NCBI RefSeq assembly: GCF_036321535.1
Contig: NC_087447.1
Coordinates: 39,868,001 to 39,932,000 of the forward strand
Source: Camelus dromedarius
Lineage: Eukaryota
Direction of reading: 5' to 3'
Length of the DNA: 64,000 nucleotides
The translations under genes were made by a program, and so were the position numbers. Positions 24,401 to 35,285 of the stretch are shown here, one piece after another (positions within the stretch are counted from its first letter, which is position 1; every line of letters begins with the position of its first letter). The notes under the pieces are model-generated. The model was not told the DNA's origin. It did not search any database and saw nothing but the letters and a program-made list of their open reading frames with translations.

Positions 24401-24477
24401 TCACTCCACATTCCGGTACTTGGTGAAGAGGTTGTACAACACTCGCAGTGTGGATTTCAGGTCGCAGTTGACGATAT
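24401..24477 (-). CDS. PARVA: Alpha-parvin last coding exon (exon 13 by human numbering): (D)IVNCDLKSTLRVLYNLFTKYRNVE*
   Basis: Acceptor ttttctatgcag|AT; 77 nt to TGA; matches the PARVA C-terminus. Confidence 0.98.
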
Positions 24478-25504
24478 CTGCATAGAAAACAAACAAAATG
24501 CATGTTGCTTCAGTGGTGACACATGGCCCCAAATTGGCATTGCTTGGCCTCTTCCTCCTGCCACCCACCACATGTGCCCAGCATGGTCCTGGGGTGGGCG
24601 TCTGCCCTGCAGAGCCAGCTCCCTGTCCTGGGAGAGAAGAGCATCCCCATGAGACAAGCAGGGGCAGGTGGCTGTTGAAGAATGGGCAGTGTGTGCAGCA
24701 AGAATTCAGAGCAGGGGGCAGCGAGGGGCAGAGGTGCTGGGGCATGGGTGTCTCACCTCTCACTGAAAGAAAGCAGACCCCAGAGCATGCAGCCTTTGCC
24801 CTGGAAAAAGCATCCTGACCTTGACTCTGTCCCCTGGGTCTTACCTGTCTCTGGGGTCCCTCTCCCTCTGCCTTCAGCCTGCACCACAGAGCCAGCCAAG
24901 AGTGGTGGAAAGGAGGGGAGGGCCTGGGGCTACCACGGGGGATGAGGTGGTGAGTTAGGAGGAAGCTACCTCTCCCTTAAGAAGGGAGGGGAGGACACAG
25001 GAGGCCACCTGGCGGGGAGCACTCAGTAGGTAGGTGTCATCCAAAAGAAAGCCTCAGATTAAGGACAGAGCCAGGCAGCCAGTTTCGAGGCTGGAGCTGG
25101 ACTGTATTTTCAGGAGCGTTCCACTGTGGGTCCTGAGCTGCTGCTTCAACAATTTCCTCTCGTCCTCACTTCCTCTGTTCCTCCCTCTCTTCCTTCTCTT
25201 TACTGCTCACTTTCTCCGGCTGCCCCTCTAACCCTCTGCCGACTCCTCCGCCATCTCCTCCGCCAACAAGGCCCCTCTCTGCTCTCCTCCCTCTGCGCTC
25301 GTGCCCCTGTTGGAGAGCCTTCCTTTGAAGAACCGGAGTAGGGAAAACATAAAGGAGGGAACTCTGCCTACTATTTAGGAATACGGGCTTAGGTAATAAA
25401 ATTATAAGGAAAAGAAAATGTGAAAAAAAGAAAGAAAAAAGGCCAAATTCTGAAGACTATACAAGTCAGGAGAGTTGCACTTGAAATTATGTTTAAAAAG
25501 GGCA

Positions 25505-25820
25505 AGTGATGAACTCATCTACAAAACAGAAACAGACCCACAGGCAGTAAACAAACATGATTACTGGGGGTTGGGGTGTGGGGGAGGGTTGGGAAGGGAT
25601 AAACTGGGAGTTCGAGATTTGCAGATACTAACTAATATATATAAAATAGCTAAACAACAAGTTTACTGTATAGCACAGGGAACTATATTCAATATTTTGT
25701 AGTAACCTAGAATTAAAAAATATGAAAATGAATATATGTATGTGTATGTATGACTGAAACATTATGCTGTCACCAGAAACTGACACACTGTAAACCGACT
25801 ATATTTCAAATAAAAAAAAA
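25505..25820 (+). mobile_element. 5'-truncated L1 3'UTR fragment with poly(A)
   Basis: gaactcatctacaaaacagaaacagac...tatagcacagggaactatattcaata...tgtaaaccgactatatttcaaataaaaaaaaa. Confidence 0.9.
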
Positions 25821-28800
25821 GGAGGGGGGAATTCTAAGGTTGCTAGAGAAAGAAAATGTCCAATATGGGAGAATGTTTCAAACTGACCATTTAATTTTTT
25901 CTTTTTTCTTTTATTGAAGTATAGTTGATTTATAATGTATTAGTTTCAGGTATACAACATAGTGATTCAATATTTTTATAGATTATACTCCATTTAAAGT
26001 TACTATAAAATATTGGCTATATTTTTCTGTGCTGTAGAGTGTATCTTTGTTGCTTATTTTGCTTATTTATTTTACACATAGTAGTTTGTATCTGTTGTTC
26101 CCCTACCAGTATCTTGCCCCTGCCCCCACCCCCTTCCCATTCTCCACTGGTAACCACTGGTTTGTTCTCTATATCTGTGAGCCTGCTTCTGTTTTGTTAT
26201 ATTCATTTTTTAGGCTCCACATACAAGTTATATAATACAGTATTTGTCTTTCTCTGTCTGATTTATTTCACTGAACATAATATCCTCTAAGTCCATCCAT
26301 GTTGTTGCAAATGGCAGAATTTCATTCTTTTTCATGGCTGATATTCCATTGCATTGCATTGCATTCTCTTTATTCATATAAATCTGTTGATGGACACTTA
26401 GGCTGCTTGCCTATCTTGGATACTGTAAATAATGCTGCAGGGAACACTGGGGTGCATGTATCTTTTTGAAATAGTGTTTTCATTTTCTTCAGATATATAT
26501 ATACCCAAGTAGTGAAATTGCTGGATCATATGGTGGTTCTGTTTCAGTTTTTGAGGGATATTCTTACTGTTTTCCATAGTGGCTGTACCAATTTATATTC
26601 CCACAGTGTACTAGGATTCCCTTTCCTCCACATATTTGCCAACACTTATTAGTTGCCCACTTTTTGATGATAGCCATTCTGACAGGTGTGAGGTGATAGC
26701 TGATTGTCATTTTGATTTGCGTTTCTCTGACGATGAGCGATGTCAAGCATCTTTTTATGTGCCTGTTGGCCGTCTGTATATCTTCTTTGGAAACATGTCT
26801 ATTCTGGTCTTCTGCCCATTTTTTAATCAGATTGTTTTCTTAATATTGAGTTGTTTGAGCTGTTTATATATTTTGGATATTAACTGCTTATTGGTCGTAT
26901 CATTTGCAAATATTTTCTCCTATTCAGTAGGTTGTCTTATCATTTTGTCAATGTTTCCTTTGATGTGCAAGCTTTTAAGTTTAATTAGGTCCCATTTATT
27001 TAATTTTGCTTTTGTTTCTTTTGCCTTAGGAGACAGGTCCCCAAAAATGTTGCTACAATGTATGTAAAATGGTGTTTTGCCTATGTTCTCTTCTAGGAGT
27101 TTTATGGTTTCAGGTCTTAAATTTAGGTCTTTAACCCATTTTGAGTTTATTTTTGTATATGGTATGAACAAATGTTCTAATTTCATTCTTTTACATGTAG
27201 CTGTCCAGTATTCCCAGCACCACTTACTGTATATTCTTGCCTCCACTGTTGTAGATTAATTAACCACAAGTAACTGGGTTTATTTCTGGACTTTCTATCC
27301 TGTTCCACTGATCTTTGTGTCTGTTTTGTGCCACTGCCATGCTGTTTACTACAGTAGCTTTGTACTATCGTCTAAAATCAGGGACCATGATACCTCCAGA
27401 TTTGTTCTTTTTTCTCAAGATTGCTTTGGAAACTTGGGGTGTTATGTGGTTCCATATCAATTTTAGGATATTTGTTCTAGTTCTGTTTAAAAAAAAAAAG
27501 TCATGGGTATTTTGATAGGGATTGCATTAAATCTGTAGATTGCTTTGGGTAATATGGGCATTTTAACAATATTCTTCCAATCCATGGCCATGGGATATAT
27601 TTCCATTGCTTTGTATCATCTTCATTTTCCTTCATCAGTATTTTATAGTTTTCAGAATATAGGTCTTTTACCTCCTTAGTTTATTCTTAGGTATTTTATT
27701 CTTGTTGGTGTGATTTAAACAGGATTATTTTCTTGCTTTCTCTTTCTGATAATTATTAGTGTATAGAAAGGCAACAGATTTTTGTATTTTAATCTTGTAT
27801 CCTGCAACTTTACTGAATTCATTTATTAGTGCTAATAGTTTTTTGGTGGAGACTTCAGGTTTTCAATATACAGTATAATGTCATCTACAAATAGTGACAG
27901 TTTTACTTTTTCCAGGTGGATGTCTTTTTTTTTTTTCTTATTGCTATTTCTGATTGCTAGGACTTCAAATACTAGGTTAGTTAGACATGACAAGAGAGGA
28001 CATCCTTGACTTGTTCCTGATTTTAAAGGGAAAGCCTTTAGCTTTTCAGGGTGGAGTATGATGTTAGCTGTGGGTTTGTCATAAATGGTCTTCATTATAT
28101 TGAGATATGTTCCCTCTAGACCAACTAATGATGAGAATTTTTATCAGGAATGGATGTTGACTTTGTCAAATGCCTTTTCTGCATCTATTGAGATGATCTT
28201 AGATTTTTATCCTTCCTTTTGTTAATGTGTATCAAATTGATTTGTGGATATTGAATATTCCTGAGATAAATCCCACTTGATTGTGGGGTTTTTATATATT
28301 GTTGGAGTTGCTTTGGTGATATTGAGAATTTTGACATCGATATTTTTTTGAGAGAGATTAGCCTGTACTTTTCTGTAGTGTCTTTGGTTTTGGTATCAGG
28401 GTAATAGTGGCCTTGTAGAATTAATTTGAGTGTTCTCTCCTCCTAAATTTTTTTGAATGGTTGAGAAGGCCAGATATTAGTTCTTTATATGTTTGGCCTA
28501 TGAAGCCATCTGGTCCTGGACTTTTGTTTGCTGGGAGTTTTGCTTTGTTTTTTACAAATTCAATTCACTACTCATGACCACTCTGTTCATATTGTCTTTC
28601 TTCCTAATTCAGTCTTGGAAGGTTGTACGTGTTGAGAAATTTGTCCATTTCTTCTAGATGGTCTGATTTGTTGGCATATAACTGTTCATAGTATTCTTTG
28701 TGACCTTTTGTGTTTCTGTGGTATCAGTTGTTATTTCTCTTCTTTCATTTCTTATTTTGTTTGGATCCACTCTCTCTTTTTTTTTCTTCATGAGCCTAGG

Positions 28801-29859
28801 TGAAGATTTATCAATTCTGTTATCTTTTCAAAAAAACAGCTCTTGGTTTCATTGATATTTGCTATTGGTATTTGGTCTTTATTTTATTTATTTCCTCTCT
28901 GATCTTTATTCCTTTCTTTCTCCTGACTTTGGGCTTTGTTTTTTGTTTTTGTTTTTTCCCCTAATTCCTTTAGATGGTAGGTTAGGTTGTTTGAGATTTT
29001 TTTCTTTTTTCTTGAAGTAGTCCTGTATTGCTATAAGCTTCCCTCTTAGAACTGCTTTTTCTACATCCCGTAGATTTTGAGAAGTTGTGTTTTCATTTTC
29101 GTTTGTCCAGAGATACTTTGATTTTCTTTGAATTCTTCACTGACCCATTGGTTTTTAAGTAGTGTGTGTTTAGTATCCACGTGTTTGTGCTTTTCCCATT
29201 TTTATTCCTGTAATTGATTTCTAGTTTCATACTGTTTAGTCAGAAAAATGTTTGATAAATTTCTGTCCTCTTAAATTTATTGAGAGTTGTTTTGTGGCTT
29301 AGCAAGTGATCTATCCTGGAGAATATTCCATGTATGCTTGAAAAGAATGTGTATTCTGCTGTTTTTGAATGGAATGTCCTCTAGAGATCAATTAAGTCCA
29401 AAAGTTTTAGTGTGTCATTTAAGACCACTGTTTCCTTACTGATTTTCTGTCTGGATGATCTGTTCATTGATGTAAGTAGGATGTTAAAATCCACTGCTAT
29501 TATTGTATTGTCAGTTTCTCCCATTATGTCAATATTTGCTTTATATATTTAGGTGTGTATATGTTAACAAGTGTTTATCCTCTTCTGGTATTGATCGTTC
29601 ACTGTTTAATGCCCTTCTTTGTCTTTGTTATAGACTTTGTTTTAATGTCTATTTTGTCTTACTGTGAGTATTACTAGCCCAGCTTTGTTTCTATTTGCAT
29701 AAAATATTTTTCCTTCACTTCCCTTTCAGTCTGTGTGTGTCTTTAGTTCTGAAGTGAGCCTCTTGTAAGCAGCATTTAGATAGACCTTTTTTTTTAAATC
29801 AAATCAGCCATCCCATGTCTTTTGATTGGAGTATCTAGTCCATTGACATTTAAAGTGAT

Positions 29860-30040
29860 AGATAAACAAGTTTATAATGTACAGCTCAGGAAACTATATT
29901 CAATATCTTGTAGTAACCTATAATGAAAAAGAATATGAAAACAAATATATGTTTGTGTATGTATGACTGGACTATTATGCAATATACCAGAAAGTGACAC
30001 AACACTGTAAACTGACTATACTTCAATTAAAAAAAAAAAA
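29860..30040 (+). mobile_element. Younger 5'-truncated L1 nested in the full-length L1
   Basis: L1 3' terminus with poly(A); TSD aaagtgat at 29852-29859 and 30038-30045. Confidence 0.88.
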
Positions 30041-30051
30041 GTGATTATTGA

Positions 30052-30180
30052 GGGGGAAGGGGAGAGCTCAGTGGTAGAGTGTGTGCTTAGTATGCACAAG
30101 GTCCTGGGTTCAGTCCCCAGTATGTATGTATGTATAAATCAATCAATCAGTCAATCAAATTCCTCCCCAAACAAAAAAAA
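30052..30180 (+). mobile_element. tRNA-derived SINE (vic-1-like) nested in L1
   Basis: gagagctcagtggtagagtgtgtgcttagtatgcacaaggtcctgggttcagtcccc; TSD attattga at 30044-30051 and 30181-30188. Confidence 0.9.
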
Positions 30181-31419
30181 ATTATTGATAGGTATGTACT
30201 TATTGCCATTTTGTTACTTATTTTCAGGTTGTTTCTGTACTTCTCTGTTCTGTTCTTCTTTTAGTTTCTTCCCTTCTTGTTTGATGATTTTCTTTAGTGG
30301 TATGCTTGTGTTCTTTTCTCTATAGTTTTTATCTACTGCAGGTTTTTGATTTGTGGTTACCATGGGCTCCATATATATTGACCTTAACTATATCTACTTA
30401 TTTTAAACTGATAGTCAATTAAGTTCAAACATATTCTAAAAGACCTAGATTTTTAATCCCCCTCCACGTTTGTGTTTTTGATATCCAATTTTACATCTTC
30501 ATGTCTGTCCCTTCACTGTTGCAGCTATAGTTGATTGTACAATTTTTTGGTCTTTTCATCTTCATACTAGCTTATTTTAAGTGGTTGATCCTCAACCTTT
30601 ACTATGTGTTTGCCTTTACTAGTAGAATTTTTCCTTTCCTACAGATACTTACTTTTTGTATTAGCCTTTTATTTTCCACTTAGAAAAGACCCTTTAACAT
30701 TTCTTTTAGGGTAGGTTTAGTATTGATGAACTCTTGGCATTTTTGCTTGTCTGAGAAGTTCTGTATCTTCCCTTCAATTCTAAATGATAATTTTGCTAGG
30801 TAGAGTATCTAGGTTGCAGATTTTTCCATTTCTACATTTAAATATAACATGCCACTTCCTTCTGGCCTGCAAAGTTGCTGCAGAAAAATCATCTGATAGC
30901 TTTATGGGGGTTCCTTTATATATGACTGTTTTTTTCTTGCTGCCTTTAGAATTCTATTTTGCCATTTTAATTATGATCTGTCTTGATGTGGGTCTGTTTG
31001 GCTCCATCTTGTTTGGGACCCTCTATGCTTCCTGTACCTGGATATCTGTTTCTTCAGGCTCAGAAAGTTTTCAGCCATAATTTCATCAAATAAATTTTGG
31101 ACCCTTTTCTCTCTCTTCTCCTTCTGGGACCCCATATAATCTGAACTTTTTCATGCTTGATGTCCCAGAGGTCACTTAAACTATTCTCATTTTTAGACAT
31201 TTGTGTTTCTTGTAATTCTGATCAGGTGACTTCCATCATTCTATCTTGTAGATCACTTTTGGTTTCTTCTGTATCAACTAGTCTGCTATTCATTACTTCT
31301 AGTGTGTTTTTCATTTCATTTATTGTATTCTTCGGCTCTGATTTGTTCTTTTTATAGTTTCTAGTTTCTCATTAAATTCTCACTGTATTCATCTTTTCCC
31401 TAATTCAGTTAGCACTCTT

Positions 31420-31549
31420 GTTTTGTTTTACGAGGGGGGTGGTAATTGGGTTTATTTATTTATTTCTATTTGGAGGAGGTGCTGAGGTTGAACTTGGGAT
31501 CATGTGCATGTCAAGCATTCACTCTACCACTTGAGCTACAGCCTCCCCC
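31420..31549 (-). mobile_element. tRNA-derived SINE (vic-1-like) nested in L1
   Basis: Reverse strand ggggaggctgtagctcaagtggtagag...aaataaataaacccaattacc; 15-bp TSD tcagttagca(c/t)tctt at 31405-31419 and 31550-31564. Confidence 0.9.
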
Positions 31550-33011
31550 TCAGTTAGCATTCTTATTACTAATGCTTTGAATTTTTTTATTTGTTAAGTT
31601 ACGTGTATTTCATTAGTTCATTTTTCAAGGGTTTTCTCTTGTTCTTTCAACTGAAACAAATTCTTCTGTCTTCTCATTTTGCATAACTTTCTCTGTCTCT
31701 GTGAGATTAGGTGAAACAGCTACCTACTCCAGTCTTGAATGGGTGTCTCGTGTGGGAATGCTGCTATACAGTCTCTGTGTGCCCACTGCCTTAGTTGGGA
31801 GAGCTGAATCTGATGTGAGCATGAGTCATATTTTCCCCCATGGCATGCTGGCAGGTATCACATCGGTAGGACGCAGGGCTGGAGATGGAGGGGCTAGATC
31901 CAGAACCAGCTGTGGTCTGGGGCTTCTCTGCTCAGTGGCCAACACCACCCTGTTTGGAGTGGGATGGGCCCCAAGTTGCTGGAGCAGAAGCCCTGAGGTT
32001 TGGGTCTGAACTGGCTCTGTTCCCTCTAAGTTGTTTTCTCCTCACTCCCAGCATCAGCACCCCTGCCCCATAGGGGAGCAATGCTGGATCAGGTACTCAG
32101 CATGGGTCCGTGTGTGGGCTGTGGCAGTCCCAGCCCTAGTCAGAGTCTCAGATGGCTTCTGATGTGCTGCCTCCATAAGCACTAGCATTGGCTTCTCCTG
32201 CACCTTTCAGATGCTGTTCTGGGTCCAAGTCAACTCCGCCCCGCCCACGTGAGCCGCAGCAGCCCTCTCCCTAGTGTGGAGCAGCGTCATAAAGCAAGTG
32301 GGGCCAGAGCGGGCTGGAGCACATGCTGGGACAGTTGTGGGAAACTGGCCAGAGTTTCTTGCAGTTTTAATCTCCTTCCTCCACTTTGTTTCAGGACCAA
32401 GCAAGTAGGTGCATGCTCTTCACAAGATTCTTACAGCCCTCCTGTTAGTCCCACTGATTTTCAAACCAGCCAAGAGGGGCTTGTCTTCCCGGTGTCAGAC
32501 TGCAGGGCTGGGGTGCCCAATATGTGGCTTAAACTGCTCACTCCCCAGGGAGGAGCTCTGCCTGTGTAATCCCCCTCCTCTTCTGAGTCCCCTCCCAGGG
32601 ACACAGGTCCCTGATTGCTTCTCTTTCCTTCCTACCCAATTCTATGTGGATCTTTCTTACCCTTGGTTGTACAAGAGTCTTTCTTCTATCAGTCTCCAGT
32701 CAGTTTTCAGTGAGAACTGCTCCACATGGAGATGTATTTTTGATGTGTTCATGATGGAGAGGAGGTGAGCTATGCCTGCTCCTACTACACCTTCTTGATA
32801 TGTCTCCTCCATTTTAATTTTAATGCCCACTCAAGTTTGAAGCCCATCTTTACTACAGTGGGTTAAATGACTAACCCAGCTGAAGTCATTTAACTTCTTG
32901 GAATCGGTTTTCTCACTGGCAAAATTGGGTTTTATGAAAAACCCCTACAACATATGAAAGGCTCCCTGAAGGGTGGTTTCCTTCCTGCTTTCCCATCTTT
33001 GCTTGTTAGCA

Positions 33012-33082
33012 GAGCTGTTATGTATAGGCGTTCAGTCTGTGCACTGTACAGCTCCAGGGGGTGTCATTCACACAAATTAAGC
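33012..33082 (+). mobile_element. Possible MER91-like hAT DNA transposon fragment
   Basis: tgtgcactgtacagctccagggggtgtcattcac resembles the recalled MER91 segment. Confidence 0.4.
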
Positions 33083-34821
33083 CCTGCTCCTTGGGAAATC
33101 TGAGACCCTTCTTCTACAGGGCATCACCACGAGTTGGGCCTGGTGAAGTGGGAGATGACAGCTGGAGACACTGCTGATAGTTGTTCTTATCAAGAAAGCC
33201 ACTGGCCACACGAGTGTTTCTAGACAGTCCAGTAGGGGGGCTATCTCAGCTAAGAGAGGGGCTCTGGATGCCTGGGACTGGACTGTGATTCCATGCTATA
33301 TAAACAGAGCCTCTTTAAAGCTCTAGGCTAATAAATTGTGATTAGCAACCCAGTACTGCTCTGAATACCTCTCTGCTGGCCCAGAGTCCCTCTCTCTCTG
33401 GGAGCAGACAGGATGGTAGGGCTTCTGGATAGAGACAGCCAGAGCAGAGGCTCTCTGGGGCTAAGGAAGAGACAAATCAGACCCAAGGTCACTCTGGGGA
33501 GAAAAAAGCCTCTGGCCAAGGGGCAAGGGCTCCAGGTTTGCTCTTGTCACTCTCGGCGGCATTGGTGATACTTCCCATCCATCAGAGGACCATCCAAAAT
33601 GAGTCTGTGGTTCTCCAAATGATGTAGAAGTCAAGGAGGGAAGGGAACTCTAATCCAGAAACCCAGGCTTTACACAAAGAGATATGGCCCTATTTGTGCC
33701 ATCCCAGCCTGATGGCCCTTCTCTGACACCTCACCACCCCCATCCCTGAGTTCGTTGACCAAGGTGGCAGGACATCTAGTGGCGCAGTGCCCCCAGCTGG
33801 TGGGGGCTGGAATAACTTGAGCAGCCAGAGGCCGCCTCCTCAGGGTGAGCCCAGCCCCCAGAGGTGCATCATGTTCCAGCCTCCATCCCACCCCCAGTGG
33901 ATGGAGCTCATTCTGCCTCAGTCCCTCTTTGCACCTTATTCCCTACTGGGACAGAATCCATCCTTTGGAGATAGGTCATTTTGGTGGCAGCCTGCTTCCC
34001 TATCTGGTGACTTTGCCATTTTCTTCACATAATTTTTTAAAAAATATGACAAGCTTCCAGGAAAGTACATACAACATATATATATGCAGTTTTAAATACC
34101 TGGAAGAGAACCCCTGTCACCACCACCCATGGCAAAAGCAGAACGCCGTCATACCCTAGTAGCACACCCTTTCTCTCTGTGTTCCGGTCATACCGTGCTC
34201 GCACCCTGCAAAGACAACCACACTCCTGACTTTTATTCATGATTACTTCCTTTCTCTTCATAGTTCCACCAGCAACACATGCACCCTTAAACAGCAGGCT
34301 GTAGTTTTGCCTGTTTCTACACTTCAATAGAACAGACTCATACTACACACACTTAGATTTTTTTAAACTCAAAATTATGTTTATAAGGTTCATCCCTGTT
34401 GTTGCATGAGCTGTTCATTTTTAAAACAATTTCACTGAGGTATAATTTATTGCTTTATTGAGGTATAACTATAATTATTCAACTACATTCTGTAGTTTTT
34501 CAAGACTGTCTCAATTTGTTGTCTACTTCCGGTAAATTTTCAGTGCCTCGAAATGGTTGGTTTTGATCATTGTGTCCAGTTTTACAGCTGTTTTTTTTTT
34601 TGCAGCAGATAATCACCGGCCCCTTCATGCTACAGTAACTAGAGGTCTCTCTCGTGATTTCTCACTAGTTCTTTTTTACTGTTGCCATTGTGTAACAATT
34701 CACAGTACTCTAGTTTGTCTACTGGGGATGCACAAGCTCCAGTTTAGTCTATTAGATATTCCTGGACTAGAGTCTGGTATGTGGACATGCATACTTACGA
34801 GTGGAATTGCTGGGTCATAGG

Positions 34822-35285
34822 GTATATTAGCTTTGTATTGCTTCTCTAACATTATCACAGATTTGGTGGCTTAAGACAACCCAAATTTATTTTACAGTTT
34901 TAAAGATCAAAATCCAAAATGGTTTTCACTGGGATAAAAATCAAGAAGTCAGCAGGGCTGTTTTCTCTTCGGGAGACTCTAGGGGAGAATTTGTTTTCTG
35001 GCTTTAGTAGCTTTTAGGGGCTGCCTGCATCCTTTGGCTCTTGGCCCCCTTCCACTTTCAAAGCCAGCAATGGCGGGCTGAATCTTCCTCACACTGTGTC
35101 ACTCTGAGTCATCTGCTTCCCTCTTCCCGTGATTACACTGTTACTACTCAGATGATCCAAGATAATCTCCTCAGCTCAAGATCCTCAACTCAATCACATC
35201 TGCGAAGTCTCTTTTACCATGTAAGGTACTAACAGGTCCCAGGGCTTAGGATGTGGACATTTTTGGGAAGGCCATCATTCTACAC
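34822..35285 (-). mobile_element. MLT1-family (MaLR) solo LTR
   Basis: ggtggcttaagacaac...tcaagaagtcagcagggctg...ctcaagatcctcaactcaatcacatctgcgaagtc...ttaggatgtggacatttttggga. Confidence 0.8.

Larger units (their letters stand above)
25899..32808 (-). mobile_element. Essentially full-length decayed L1 (5'UTR, ORF1, ORF2, 3'UTR) in PARVA intron 12
   Basis: ORF2 remnants [13 protein letters not shown] (26564-26746), [16 protein letters not shown] (26920-27246) and [10 protein letters not shown]...GTSQGCPL...LFVDDIILY (27832-28095); GC-richer 5'UTR ending in caagaaggtgtagtagg (decayed caagatggcg start); near-identical flanks ccatttaatttt (25887-25898) and ccattttaatttt (32809-32821). Confidence 0.92.

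Noticed and set aside
24398..24403. Stop-codon readthrough of PARVA
   Set aside because: The context is TGA GGG, not the TGA CTAG readthrough motif.
24478..24763. Open frame extending upstream of the last exon (120-aa ORF)
   Set aside because: It is intronic sequence before a clear acceptor and has no parvin similarity.
26564..28095. Reverse-transcriptase-like ORFs as a novel RT system
   Set aside because: These are ordinary frameshifted L1 ORF2 remnants.
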